Below, in pieces: positions 36,379 to 46,465 of a stretch of DNA of 61,733 nucleotides (positions within the stretch are counted from its first letter, which is position 1; each line of letters starts with the position of its first letter). The stretch is from assembly GCA_017883265.1 (NCBI GenBank), contig JADGNX010000002.1, positions 1-61,733 of the forward strand, in the 5' to 3' direction. The notes under the pieces are model-generated. The model worked only from the letters and a program-made list of their open reading frames with translations, did not search any database and had not been told where the DNA came from. The position numbers and the translations under genes were made by a program. Source of the stretch: Thermoanaerobaculia bacterium. GTDB taxonomy: Bacteria; Acidobacteriota; Thermoanaerobaculia; Gp7-AA8.

Positions 36379-36851
36379 TGCAGAGTCTCTCGTTCGACGG
36401 CCGGGCCGAAGGTCTTGGCTATGATTGGTGTCGGCATTCCGCCGCGGATGAGATCGGCGAGCGTAACCTGCTCGAAGGCTCCCTTGATCGCCCGATTGAT
36501 GCCGAACATCATTCGCCGCGAAGGACATGCCACCCGGATCGAGCAGACCGCCTCCCCCTGCGAATCGGTCGATTCGCATTCGACCAGGTCCCAGGGACCC
36601 TCGAGGATCTCAACGAGCTGCCCGAGTGTTGTGTGCGCCGGCTCGCCGTCGTAGGAATAGCCGCCGCCCACACCGCGATGGGATTGAATGATGGACGCCT
36701 GGTGCAGAGCCTTGAGAACCTTGGTCACCATCGGCGCCGGCAGATGGTAGAACGCGGCGATCTCGCGAGCGGAGACGATCTCTCCCGATTTGCGAGCGAG
36801 GTAAACCGCAGCGAGCAGTCCGTAGTCTGTAAATCGTGAGATCTTCAGCAT
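36375..36851 (-). CDS. Rrf2-family (IscR/SUF-regulator-like) transcriptional regulator
   Basis: [19 protein letters not shown]...SAREIA...[17 protein letters not shown], and Cys cluster C-X10-C-X5-C. It is the first gene of the suf operon. Confidence 0.85.
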   Translation of the reverse strand: MLKISRFTDYGLLAAVYLARKSGEIVSAREIAAFYHLPAPMVTKVLKALHQASIIQSHRGVGGGYSYDGEPAHTTLGQLVEILEGPWDLVECESTDSQGEAVCSIRVACPSRRMMFGINRAIKGAFEQVTLADLIRGGMPTPIIAKTFGPAVERETLQ

Positions 36852-36862
36852 GATTCCAATTA

Positions 36863-36877
36863 GTACCATATCGGTAC
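36863..36877. promoter_or_regulatory. Candidate Rrf2 operator
   Basis: GTACC-ATATC-GGTAC inverted repeat lying 12 nt upstream of the rrf2 ATG, in the divergent promoter region. Confidence 0.3.
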
Positions 36878-36956
36878 GCTTTCCACAACACTCTGACCCT
36901 GCTGGATCTTCCGGAGTCTGGCACAAAAGGTGCGGGCCTCCCGCGATGTGCCAGCC

Positions 36957-37460
36957 ATGCTCCGACTCTTCCGTGCCACAGTTGTAGTCACCGTCATCGC
37001 TGGCCTCGCCGGATGCCACCGGAAGACCGACGAGATCAACCGGAACCAACAACGATACGATGTCGTCACTGAGAGCGCCGGCGGCACGGTCTCCTCGACG
37101 GTGGGGGCGCCCGGCGAGACGGCGACGGCACAGGGGACCACCCTGACGGCGACGGCGGTCGACACGACCACGAACTTCACGGTGGGCATCGCCACCAGTG
37201 CGTCCGCCACGACTGAGTCCGACGGCTCGCTGGCCGACACCCTTCCGCCGATCGCAGGTGCGTCACCAGTTTCCCGCCCCCCTGCCACCGATGCCTCGCG
37301 AGCTTCGGTGACAGCGCGGCGTCGATCGGATCAGCCGTCACGCAGTCAAGCGGATAGCCCCGTGACGGCTCCTCCCGAGTCCCCGGCACCGCCTGCTTCC
37401 GAGAGTGATACCAGCAAACCGCCAGCGACCGACACCACGAGCACTTCGCCGCAGAGGTGA
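36957..37460 (+). CDS. Low-complexity Thr/Ser/Ala/Pro-rich lipoprotein
   Basis: MLRLFRATVVVTVIAGLAGC has a lipobox LAGC. The remainder is compositionally biased. Confidence 0.55.
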   Translation: MLRLFRATVVVTVIAGLAGCHRKTDEINRNQQRYDVVTESAGGTVSSTVGAPGETATAQGTTLTATAVDTTTNFTVGIATSASATTESDGSLADTLPPIAGASPVSRPPATDASRASVTARRRSDQPSRSQADSPVTAPPESPAPPASESDTSKPPATDTTSTSPQR

Positions 37461-37540
37461 GATGACTGCGGTTGCTCCTGTGCGCGGGAGATCGAACGGC
37501 CTCTCCGCACTCGATTTCATTCAGTTAGAATGCCCGGCGC

Positions 37541-38467
37541 ATGCAGCGCCACTCCTTCCAGTCGCTGATTCAGACTCTGCAAGCCTTCTGGGCGGAGCGC
37601 GGTTGCCTCATCGACTACCCGCTCGACGTCGAAGTGGGCGCCGGCACCATGCACCCCTCCACGTTCCTGCGGGTTCTCGGACCCGAGCCCTGGAGAGTGG
37701 CCTACGTTCAACCATCCCGCCGCCCGGCCGACGGCCGCTACGGCGATAACCCATTCCGGCTCGGCAAGCATTACCAGTTTCAAGTCATCCTCAAGCCCTC
37801 GCCACTCGAGGTCCAGGACCTCTACCTCGATTCCCTTCGAGCGCTCGGCCTCGACCTCGCACGGCACGACATCCGGTTCGAGGAAGACAACTGGGAGTCG
37901 CCGACCCTCGGCGCCTGGGGCGTCGGCTGGCAGGTGCTGCTCGACGGAATGGAGATCACGCAATTCACCTATTTTCAGCAGGCTGGCGGCATCGATCTCG
38001 CCCCGATCTCAGCGGAGATCACCTACGGACTGGAACGGTTGACCATGTTCCTCTCGCGGCAGGGCTCGGTCTTCGACATCGATTGGGCTCCCGGAGTCGG
38101 ATATGGGCCCGTCCGCAAGCAGGAGGAGTATGAGTTCTCCCGCTACTACTTCGAAGTGGCAAGCGTCGACCTGCACTGGAAGTTGTTCGACTCGTACGAG
38201 GCGGAAGCCCGCCGATGCCTCGAGGCTGGGCTGGTCCTCCCGGCATACGACTGGACCCTCAAGTGCTCGCACGTGTTCAATACGCTCGATGCACGCGGCG
38301 CAGTGTCTGTGACCGAACGCGTCGGAGTCATCAAGAGAGTGCGGGATCTGGCCGTCCGTTGTGCGAACGACTATCTGGCATCGAGGACGAGGCTCGACTT
38401 CCCGCTCATGACCGATGCCGAGCGGCAGGAATACCACGAACGACATCCGGTCGAGAGCGTCCCGTGA
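37541..38467 (+). CDS. glyQ: Glycine--tRNA ligase alpha subunit
   Basis: [51 protein letters not shown]. Confidence 0.95.
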   Translation: MQRHSFQSLIQTLQAFWAERGCLIDYPLDVEVGAGTMHPSTFLRVLGPEPWRVAYVQPSRRPADGRYGDNPFRLGKHYQFQVILKPSPLEVQDLYLDSLRALGLDLARHDIRFEEDNWESPTLGAWGVGWQVLLDGMEITQFTYFQQAGGIDLAPISAEITYGLERLTMFLSRQGSVFDIDWAPGVGYGPVRKQEEYEFSRYYFEVASVDLHWKLFDSYEAEARRCLEAGLVLPAYDWTLKCSHVFNTLDARGAVSVTERVGVIKRVRDLAVRCANDYLASRTRLDFPLMTDAERQEYHERHPVESVP

Positions 38468-40641
38468 ACGAAGAGAGCAATCACGAGTACTTCTTCGAGT
38501 TGCTGGCGGAAGAGATCCCGGCCTCGATGCACGAAGGAGCGCTTGCCGCACTTCGTCAGAGGCTCGTTGCTTTTCTCGAAGGCCTCGGTTGCAAGGGAGA
38601 CGTGGAGGGGCAGGTCCGCGTGCAGTCGACGGCGCGTCGCCTCATCTTTCGGATGGGACGTCTCCCGCCGGCGGAGGCCGATCGGACGGACGAGATCAAA
38701 GGACCACCCCGCCGGCTGGCTTATGACGCCAGCGGCGCACCGACCGCGGCACTGCACGGCTTCCTCCGGAAGAACGGCGCAGCGGTAGAGGAGCTGGTCC
38801 AATCCGATGACGATTACGTCCGTCTTCGGCGAACGGTAACCGGGCAGCGGACCACCGAGCTTATTCAGGCGGCAGTTCCGGAGATCATCCAGTCGATCCA
38901 CTGGCCAAAGAGCATGCGATGGGGCTACGGGGAGCAGTCGTACATCCGGCCGGTGCATTCGATCATCTCGATCTTCGACGACCAGCCACTCCCGGTGAAA
39001 CTCTTCGGCCTGCTCTCCGGAACTGTGACCGTCGGCCACCGCACTCTTGCCCCCGGCCCGATCGAGGTCACCTCCTATGGCGACTATGTTTCGAAACTCG
39101 AGCTAGCCCGCGTGATCGTCGACTCCGATCGACGCCGTATGGCCATGGCGGAGCGGTCCCGCGTTCTGGCCCACGAGGTTCGGGGAGTGCCGGCGCTGGA
39201 CGAGACGATCTGGGCGCAGTGGCAATACCTCACGGAGTATCCGGGGGTGGTCCGCGCCGAGTTCAGCCCGGAGCTGCTGACGCTGCCGGAAGAAGTGCTG
39301 GTCACCGTCATGCGCGTCCATCAGAAGCAGCTCCCGATCCGCGATGCGGCTGGATCTTTGACCAACTCGTTTCTGGCCGTGACCGACAACGAAGCCGATC
39401 CCGACGGGAACGCGGCGTACGGCAACTCCTTCGTCACCAACGCCCGCTTCGCCGACGCGTCGTTCTTCTACCAGACGGATCGGAAGGTTACGCTCGAATC
39501 GCGACTCGACTCGCTCGAGCATCTGCAGTTTCAGGAGAAGCTCGGGAACTATCGGAGGAAGACGGAGCGAATCGAGCAACTGGCCGGTGCGATCGCCGGG
39601 ACCAGTGGTGTCGACGTCGATGATGCCCGCCGTGCCGCACGGCTCTCAAAGTGCGACCTGGGAACCGAAATGGTCAAGGAGTTCACCGAGCTTCAGGGGA
39701 AGATCGGAGGAATCTATGCCCGCGAGGAAGGGCTTTCGAGCCCGGTCTGGCAAGCGGTCTACGATCACTATCTTCCAGTCAATGCCGAAGATGCTCTGCC
39801 GCGAAGTGGGGTCGGGGCTGTGGTCTCGCTTGCCGATCGCATCGACACCTTGTGCGGTTTCTTCCTGATCGGCGCAAAACCGACCGGTTCTCGCGATCCT
39901 TTCGGCCTGCGGCGCGCCGCGCAGGGAATGGTGCAGATCCTTCTGGAGCGCGACACCTGGCACATCACTGCTGGCATGGACCAGTTGATCGATCTGGGGT
40001 TGCAGGGATACGCCGACGTCAGAGAAGCGCTCCACGCGGCGGCATCCGAAAAGGCCGAAAAGGGGCGCAAGCGGGCCGCTACCGACCGGGGGGCTGACGA
40101 CCGCGGCGAGGTTCTCGAGTTCATAGCGGACCGGGTTCGGACACTCCTCCAGGCGCCGCCGTACGCGCTCGCGTACGACGAAGTCGCAGCCACGATGGAG
40201 GCTGGTTGGATGAATTCTCTGCCCGACCTTCTCGAGCGTGCTAAAGCCGTCAGGCGCCTGCGCAGCGATCCTCGCTTTCTATCGATCCTCGACTCGGCAA
40301 AGCGGATTGCCAACATCACAGCCGGTCAACCGGAATCAGAATTGAACCGCAACCTTCTGGCGGAGCCGGCTGAAAAACGCCTCAACGATCTTTCTGAAGT
40401 CCTGGTAGGACAGATTGCCGGAATGATCGTGGAACGGCATTACGAACTGGCTCTTCAATCGTTTGCAGGCATGGCCGATGAGCTGGAGAATTTCTTCGCC
40501 GAGGTGATGGTCAACGTCGATGACTCCGGAATCCGGCAGAATCGTATCGCTCTGCTCCGCAGAGTGGGAGGTGCCGTCGCCCCGATCGCCGACGTGACCA
40601 GGATCGTGGTCGATCGACGCGAGCTCGCGAGCAGAAAATGA
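38464..40641 (+). CDS. glyS: Glycine--tRNA ligase beta subunit
   Basis: The GTG at 38464 overlaps the glyQ stop (GTGA). [12 protein letters not shown], and length and domain order typical of GlyS. Confidence 0.92.
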   Translation: MNEESNHEYFFELLAEEIPASMHEGALAALRQRLVAFLEGLGCKGDVEGQVRVQSTARRLIFRMGRLPPAEADRTDEIKGPPRRLAYDASGAPTAALHGFLRKNGAAVEELVQSDDDYVRLRRTVTGQRTTELIQAAVPEIIQSIHWPKSMRWGYGEQSYIRPVHSIISIFDDQPLPVKLFGLLSGTVTVGHRTLAPGPIEVTSYGDYVSKLELARVIVDSDRRRMAMAERSRVLAHEVRGVPALDETIWAQWQYLTEYPGVVRAEFSPELLTLPEEVLVTVMRVHQKQLPIRDAAGSLTNSFLAVTDNEADPDGNAAYGNSFVTNARFADASFFYQTDRKVTLESRLDSLEHLQFQEKLGNYRRKTERIEQLAGAIAGTSGVDVDDARRAARLSKCDLGTEMVKEFTELQGKIGGIYAREEGLSSPVWQAVYDHYLPVNAEDALPRSGVGAVVSLADRIDTLCGFFLIGAKPTGSRDPFGLRRAAQGMVQILLERDTWHITAGMDQLIDLGLQGYADVREALHAAASEKAEKGRKRAATDRGADDRGEVLEFIADRVRTLLQAPPYALAYDEVAATMEAGWMNSLPDLLERAKAVRRLRSDPRFLSILDSAKRIANITAGQPESELNRNLLAEPAEKRLNDLSEVLVGQIAGMIVERHYELALQSFAGMADELENFFAEVMVNVDDSGIRQNRIALLRRVGGAVAPIADVTRIVVDRRELASRK

Positions 40642-41897
40642 TGTCGGTCAGGCACGTCGCGGCGGTCCTGCTGTTGCTGTTGGCTGGCGCCTGTGGTCGC
40701 CGTGCGACGGAGACGACGGCGCCATCGCCGCCAAAGAACGCGCTCAAGGCCCCCGCCGACGACACGACGGAACACGACAACCTTCTCAATTACGCGCGGG
40801 GAGCAGTTGTGGTCTCCCGCACCGGAGAGTTCTCGCTCTGGGCCTCTGCGCTGCTGGCAATCGATGGCGATCCCGATTCCTGCTGGTTCATGCCGCCGCA
40901 CGAGCCCGGCCAGCAGCTGGTGGCCGCTCTGCCTGTTGAATCGCGCATCGACCAGATCGGGATTTCCAACGCGGCGGCGACCGGTGCGATCTCCTCGGTC
41001 ACGTTCGAATCCTCCATGGACGGAATCAACTTCTCGCCGCTCGGCGCGGTCGAGAGCACGGCGAAAAAGAACGCAGCACTCGTTCCGGTCAGACCGGTCA
41101 CCGCACGATACGTCAGAGCGACGCTCAAGGATGATTCCAAACGCGAGGGACTGGCCCTCTGTTCGCTTCAAGTCCGTGGGGTGGAAACCGGAACAAGGAG
41201 TGTCCAGGATCTGACCGGCTGCTGGATAGTCAACGGCGCGAAGCTGACTCTGGCGCAGAATGGAGATCATGTTTTCGGTCAGCTCGAGGGCTCGAAGCCG
41301 ACGCTGATCGACGGCGGATCGGATGGCCGATTCGTCCGTTTCGTGTGGGTGCGCGATCGTGAATTTGGTTATGGAGCATTCTCGGTAGAGGAGTCGGGAC
41401 ATCATCTGAGCGGTCGCCTGTGGCACGAGGAGCCGATCCCGATCTTCTCCGGCGAGGCCTGGTTTGGAGAGCGCTCTCCCTGCACCGGCAGGACGATGGT
41501 GGGAGGGGGTACGGTGGCCGCGACTTTCTTTCAACGAGCGGGGCGCTTCCCGCTGTATGGCCTGCGGGCGGCGTCTGACGGAAAGATCGAGGTGCGCCGA
41601 AGCGCCGCCACGCTTGGCGCGCTGGCCGGATTGATTCAGGCAGCCGGGCCGCATCACATCCGGCTCGAAGCGCATGAGTTCCGCCGGAAAGACGCCGCGG
41701 CGAACCGGGCGTGGGCGGGACGTGAACTGTCATCGCTGCGTGATTTGCTGGTGGGCGGTGGAGTACGACTCGGCGATACGGAGCTTGCGGTTCTGGGGAG
41801 CGACCAGCCTCGCCAGAACGCCAGGACTGAAGATCAGCGAGCGCTCTACAGCGTCATCGAGATCGTAGTCCCGGCCACCAAAACTCTGGCCCACTGA
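40638..41897 (+). CDS. Probable lipoprotein with discoidin (F5/8 type C)-like domain and degenerate OmpA-like C-terminus
   Basis: [30 protein letters not shown]...ISSVTFESSMDGINFSPLG...ARYVRATL. C-terminal IRLEAHEF...N.AWAGREL..LRDLL...ALYSVIEIVV. ATGA overlap with glyS. Confidence 0.55.
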   Translation: MMSVRHVAAVLLLLLAGACGRRATETTAPSPPKNALKAPADDTTEHDNLLNYARGAVVVSRTGEFSLWASALLAIDGDPDSCWFMPPHEPGQQLVAALPVESRIDQIGISNAAATGAISSVTFESSMDGINFSPLGAVESTAKKNAALVPVRPVTARYVRATLKDDSKREGLALCSLQVRGVETGTRSVQDLTGCWIVNGAKLTLAQNGDHVFGQLEGSKPTLIDGGSDGRFVRFVWVRDREFGYGAFSVEESGHHLSGRLWHEEPIPIFSGEAWFGERSPCTGRTMVGGGTVAATFFQRAGRFPLYGLRAASDGKIEVRRSAATLGALAGLIQAAGPHHIRLEAHEFRRKDAAANRAWAGRELSSLRDLLVGGGVRLGDTELAVLGSDQPRQNARTEDQRALYSVIEIVVPATKTLAH

Positions 41898-41944
41898 ACA
41901 CTCTTCGATCTAGGATGACGTTCGATTTCGCGAGGCGAACCAAC

Positions 41945-44674
41945 ATGGACAAGTACGTCTATTACTTCGGAGAAGGTCACGCGGACGGGAACGCGACGAT
42001 GAAGGACCTTCTCGGCGGAAAGGGTGCCGGCCTCGCGGAAATGACGAACATCGGAGTCCCGGTCCCTCCGGGATTCACGATATCAACGGCAGCCTGCACC
42101 TGGTTCTATGCGCACGACCGAACTTTGCCGGCGGAGCTCAAAGGCGAAGTGCAGCAAGCCCTCGGGCGGGTTGAGAAGACCGTCGGCAAGACCTTCGGCG
42201 ACGCCGGCCGACCGCTGCTGGTGTCGGTGCGATCCGGAGCCCGCGCTTCGATGCCCGGCATGATGGACACGATTCTGAACCTCGGACTGAATGACAGCAC
42301 CGTGGAGGGTCTGGCCCGTTCGGCCAACGATCCACGGTTCGCCTACGATTCCTACCGGCGCTTCATCCAGATGTATTCGGATGTCGTCCTCGAGATCGAC
42401 CGCGAGAAATTCGAGCACGAATTGACGTCGACCCGGGAACGCCTGGGAGTCAGCACCGATCCGGAGATACCAGCCGATACACTGCGCGAGCTGGTCGTCA
42501 CCTACAAGAAGATCGTTCGTCAGGTCCTCAACAGGGACTTCCCGCAGGACGTGCAGGAGCAGTTGTGGGGAGCGATTGGGGCCGTCTTCGGATCGTGGAA
42601 CAACGCCCGGGCCATCACCTATCGCAAGCTCAACTCGATTCCCGACGACTGGGGAACCGCCGTCAATGTGCAGTCCATGGTTTTCGGGAACATGGGATCG
42701 GACTGCGCTACCGGCGTAGCCTTCACCCGCAACCCTTCGACCGGGATGAAGCTCTTCTACGGCGAATATCTGCCGAATGCGCAGGGGGAAGACGTGGTCG
42801 CCGGCATCCGCACGCCTCTGCCCATCTCGAGAGCCCAGGGAAAGGGCGGCGAGAAGTCTCTCGAAGAGGCCATGCCGGAGGTGTACGCGCAACTCAACGA
42901 TGTTTACCAGCGGCTGGAGTCGCACTACCGAGACATGCAGGACATCGAATTCACCATCGAGTCCGGAAGGCTCTACCTTCTGCAGACAAGGACGGGAAAG
43001 CGAACCGGCTTTGCCGCGGTCAAGATCGCCTGCGACATGGTGAAGGAAGGTCTCATTGAGCCTCGAGAAGCCGTAGCCCGAGTGGAGGCAGGACAGATCG
43101 TGCAGCTGCTCGCACCGATTTTTGACTCCGCGCAGAAAGAGACGGCACTGCAGTCGGGACGGCTGCTGGCCCGGGGACTCCCGGCGGGCCCTGGCGCCGC
43201 GGCAGGCCGTATCGCGTTCAGCGCCGAGCGCGCCGTTCAGATGGCAGCCGACGGCCCTGTCATTCTGGTCCGCATCGAGACTTCGCCGGAAGACATCGCC
43301 GGCATGCACGTCGCCGTCGGAATTCTGACGACGCGGGGCGGGCTGACCTCGCACGCCGCTGTGGTGGCGCGCGGGATGGGGCGTCCGTGCATCGTCGGCT
43401 GCGGCGCAGCGCGGGTCGACTACGGACGTAGCGAGCTGCGTGTCGAGAACCATGAGCCGCTCGAAGAAGGCGAGTGGATCTCGCTCGATGGAACAACGGG
43501 CGAGGTGATCGCCGGTCAACTGCCGACCCGTCCCTCCGAAGTGATGCAGGTTCTCATCGAGAGCTCCATGAAGCCGGAGGAGTCGGAGGCTTACTCCAAC
43601 TTTGCGCGACTCCTCGGATGGGCCGACCAGGTGCGCACCCTGGGCGTCCGGACCAACGCCGACACGCCGAACGACGCCCGCGTGGCTCGTCTGTTTGGCG
43701 CCGAGGGGATCGGACTCTGCAGGACCGAGCACATGTTCTTTCAGGAAGGACGCATCCTGGCCGTCCGCGAGATGATTCTGGCTCGCAACGAAGAAGGCCG
43801 GCGTACGGCTCTGGAGAAGATCCTCCCGTTTCAGCAGGGAGACTTCGAAAGCATTTTCCGTGAGGTCAACGGGCTCCCGGTCACGATTCGCCTCCTCGAC
43901 CCCCCGCTCAACGAGTTCCTGCCGGAGACCGAGGCGCAGATCTCCACCGTGGCGCGGGAGATGAGCTGGGGCTTCATCGAGCTTCGGGCAAAGGTTCATC
44001 AGCTCCAGGAAACCAATCCGATGCTCGGTCATCGCGGATGCAGGCTGGGCATCACGTACCCGGAGATCTACGAGATGCAGGTACGCGCCATCTTTGCAGC
44101 GGCATGCGCCGTAAAGAGGGAAGGCATCAACGTGCACCCCGAAGTGATGATCCCGCTCGTCGGCACCATTAAGGAGCTGTCGCTGACGACTGACATGGTT
44201 CGAAAGGTGGCAGCCGAGACCATCAGGAGTGCTGGCGTCGACGTTCCTGTGATCGTCGGCACGATGATCGAGATTCCCCGCGCAGCGCTCATCGCGGGCG
44301 AGCTTGCAGAAATCGCCGAATTCTTCTCGTTCGGTACAAACGACCTCACGCAGATGACGTTCGGCTATTCGCGTGACGACGCCGGAAGCTTCCTTCCCGA
44401 ATATGTGGAAAAGAAAATCCTGCCGAAGGATCCCTTCGAGTCGATCGATCAGCAAGGGGTGGGCTTCCTGGTGAGGATGGGAACAGACAACGGCCGGGCG
44501 GCAAACCCCCGGTTGAAGGTCGGTGTCTGCGGCGAGCATGGAGGAGATCCCGACTCGATCCGCTTCTTCCGCTCCTGCGGCCTCGATTACGTCTCCTGCT
44601 CGCCCTACCGCGTTCCGGTGGCTCGTCTGGCAGCGGCTCAGGCCGAGCTCGAATACCGCGCCAGCGAAGCGTAG
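41945..44674 (+). CDS. ppdK: Pyruvate, phosphate dikinase
   Basis: MDKYVYYFGEG, GGKGAGLAEM, phospho-His region GGLTSHAAVVARGMGRPCIVG, and C-terminal GICGEHGGDP-type motif (VCGEHGGDP). Confidence 0.95.
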   Translation: MDKYVYYFGEGHADGNATMKDLLGGKGAGLAEMTNIGVPVPPGFTISTAACTWFYAHDRTLPAELKGEVQQALGRVEKTVGKTFGDAGRPLLVSVRSGARASMPGMMDTILNLGLNDSTVEGLARSANDPRFAYDSYRRFIQMYSDVVLEIDREKFEHELTSTRERLGVSTDPEIPADTLRELVVTYKKIVRQVLNRDFPQDVQEQLWGAIGAVFGSWNNARAITYRKLNSIPDDWGTAVNVQSMVFGNMGSDCATGVAFTRNPSTGMKLFYGEYLPNAQGEDVVAGIRTPLPISRAQGKGGEKSLEEAMPEVYAQLNDVYQRLESHYRDMQDIEFTIESGRLYLLQTRTGKRTGFAAVKIACDMVKEGLIEPREAVARVEAGQIVQLLAPIFDSAQKETALQSGRLLARGLPAGPGAAAGRIAFSAERAVQMAADGPVILVRIETSPEDIAGMHVAVGILTTRGGLTSHAAVVARGMGRPCIVGCGAARVDYGRSELRVENHEPLEEGEWISLDGTTGEVIAGQLPTRPSEVMQVLIESSMKPEESEAYSNFARLLGWADQVRTLGVRTNADTPNDARVARLFGAEGIGLCRTEHMFFQEGRILAVREMILARNEEGRRTALEKILPFQQGDFESIFREVNGLPVTIRLLDPPLNEFLPETEAQISTVAREMSWGFIELRAKVHQLQETNPMLGHRGCRLGITYPEIYEMQVRAIFAAACAVKREGINVHPEVMIPLVGTIKELSLTTDMVRKVAAETIRSAGVDVPVIVGTMIEIPRAALIAGELAEIAEFFSFGTNDLTQMTFGYSRDDAGSFLPEYVEKKILPKDPFESIDQQGVGFLVRMGTDNGRAANPRLKVGVCGEHGGDPDSIRFFRSCGLDYVSCSPYRVPVARLAAAQAELEYRASEA

Positions 44675-44865
44675 GCCGGTACCGGATGATCAGTTGGGCG
44701 ACGGGGCGGCCGAACGGGGGGCGGCCCATGGCTGCCTGGCTACCCATGCTCTGACGTACTCGAGGTTCTCCGCCGGCATTGCGACGTGAAGCTGCACGAG
44801 GGATTTCTGATCGAGTGGATGTTCGGCCAAATTGAAGGACATTGTGAAATCTCCGATTCGCCAGG

Positions 44866-46221
44866 CTACGGGTTGTCCGCAATGACCGCCCGGGCCGCAG
44901 CCATGGCGCTCGACAGCGCGGCGTCGGACATCATCCCCTCGTCGCCGACCCAGTCGCCCGCGACATAGAGGTTTCGAATGCCATTCACTCGGGTCGCCGC
45001 CCGGCCCCCACCGTCATCGCCCGGTCGGAGAAGAATGTTCGAAACGGTCATTCGCGGAAGGAACCGGCTGTGGACCAGCCGTTCCCGCCAGCCTGGCTGT
45101 AATCCATCGAGCATCATCTCGAGCTCCTGCTCACCGGAATCTCGCTCGCTGTGCGTCCCGGTTCCAACCGGCGGGAGATAGCGCGCGACGTGAATGAGCG
45201 CTCCTCCCTTCGGCGCGAGTTGAGCATAGGCCGAGTGCGCAGCGTAGTAGAGCGGACGGTCGATGCCGAGTGCGAAGGTGGCCCTCGGCTGAGGCATCGA
45301 TTCCACGGCGACGTCGAGACAGGCGATCTGTACCGGTGTGATCGCCGGCCACCAATCGGGCAGTTGATCCTCGGGATCCAGCAGGGATGTAGCTGTCGCC
45401 GGATCGACGGCCATGACGACTGTGTCAGCGTTCAGACGCGCACCTCGATAGGCCCGGAGAGCTTCCTCCAGAGTCATCGAGTACGTATCGGTCGTAGCGT
45501 CTTCCTCCAGCCCCCCGATCTCGATCCCCTCGACGGCCCCGTTGTGTACGACCCGGACGACCCGGGCGCTGGTGACGAAGTTGACGCCGGCGCCGACCGC
45601 TGCGCTATGGAGAGCATCGACGATGCGCTGCCAGCCGTCGTGGACAAAAAGCACTCCACGACGAGCGGCCATCTGCAGCTGCGCGATTGCCGCAGTTGCC
45701 GACTGCTGGCGCGGCGCATGGGTGTACGTGGTAAGGCGGATGATCGCGGCGATGACCTGGCGGAGCGCTTCATCGGTCGTCTGCCCATCGATCCACTCCT
45801 GGAGTGAAAGCCCGGCCAGGCGCCGTGCATCGAGAAAGCGAAGGCGGATCATGAGTGCCGCTGCCTCGCGTTTGGCACGCAATGAGAGGAGAGAGGTGGT
45901 CAAGAGTCCGGCCACCGTGGTCGGCAACGCGTGCTGCGCACCTCGATAGATGGCCCGGCCGGATCGCTTCGGAACACCGCCGCTCACCGGAACGCCGAGC
46001 TCGCGGAGAACGCGCGATCCAGCCCCGCCGCGAAACCATGCATGGGGTCCGAGATTGAAGCGAAATCCGCTGCGCCGATGCGTCGCCGCGCGTCCCCCGA
46101 GGGTGGATCGCCTCTCGAAGAGAGTGACCATCCGACCGGCACGCGCCAGATAGAGCGCTGCCGAAAGGCCTGCCAAACCCCCACCGATAACGACGACATT
46201 TTTGCTCACGCGGAGGCTCAT
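44866..46221 (-). CDS. FAD-dependent oxidoreductase, phytoene desaturase/amine oxidase (CrtI-like) family
   Basis: Dinucleotide fold VVVIGGGLAGLSAALYLARAGRMVTLFERRSTLGGRA. C-terminal NLYVAGDW. ATG at 46221. Confidence 0.8.
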   Translation of the reverse strand: MSLRVSKNVVVIGGGLAGLSAALYLARAGRMVTLFERRSTLGGRAATHRRSGFRFNLGPHAWFRGGAGSRVLRELGVPVSGGVPKRSGRAIYRGAQHALPTTVAGLLTTSLLSLRAKREAAALMIRLRFLDARRLAGLSLQEWIDGQTTDEALRQVIAAIIRLTTYTHAPRQQSATAAIAQLQMAARRGVLFVHDGWQRIVDALHSAAVGAGVNFVTSARVVRVVHNGAVEGIEIGGLEEDATTDTYSMTLEEALRAYRGARLNADTVVMAVDPATATSLLDPEDQLPDWWPAITPVQIACLDVAVESMPQPRATFALGIDRPLYYAAHSAYAQLAPKGGALIHVARYLPPVGTGTHSERDSGEQELEMMLDGLQPGWRERLVHSRFLPRMTVSNILLRPGDDGGGRAATRVNGIRNLYVAGDWVGDEGMMSDAALSSAMAAARAVIADNP

Positions 46222-46386
46222 GGTACTCCACCCCCGCGCGCCACGCGAAGGGGCCGCCGGGCGGCAGTGCAGTGCGCTGACGGCCCTTGGAATTCGACCC
46301 GGACCGGCACACCACCGGGTGGCACATGGTGCGCCTATACAGCAAAACATTGCGATCCTTCAGCGATTTAGCGTGATCACGCCCGT

Positions 46387-46414
46387 TTGCAAATTGGTTT
46401 TTTTTCGCTAGAAT
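46387..46414 (+). promoter_or_regulatory. Sigma70-like promoter for the 46466 gene
   Basis: TTGCAA (46387-46392), a 16-nt T-rich spacer, then TAGAAT (46409-46414), ~50 nt upstream of the ATG. Confidence 0.4.
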
Positions 46415-46465
46415 CCACGAGAATTTTCAGTCCATGCCGCATCCCCGCGTGGAAAGGTGCCTTGA

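Noticed and set aside
35125-36654. 509-aa ORF antisense to sufB
   Set aside because: SufB on the minus strand is unambiguous. This is an antisense artefact of high GC.
42083-44539. 818-aa ORF antisense to ppdK
   Set aside because: The plus-strand frame encodes an unmistakable pyruvate phosphate dikinase. The antisense translation is Arg/Gly/His-rich with no recognisable motif. Long stop-free antisense frames are expected in GC-rich DNA.
44675-44865. Direct repeat GGGGCGGCC x2 and the CCGGTACCGG palindrome after ppdK, considered as a terminator or repeat element
   Set aside because: No stable stem-loop with a usable loop can be drawn, and the motifs are short and GC-rich enough to arise by composition alone.
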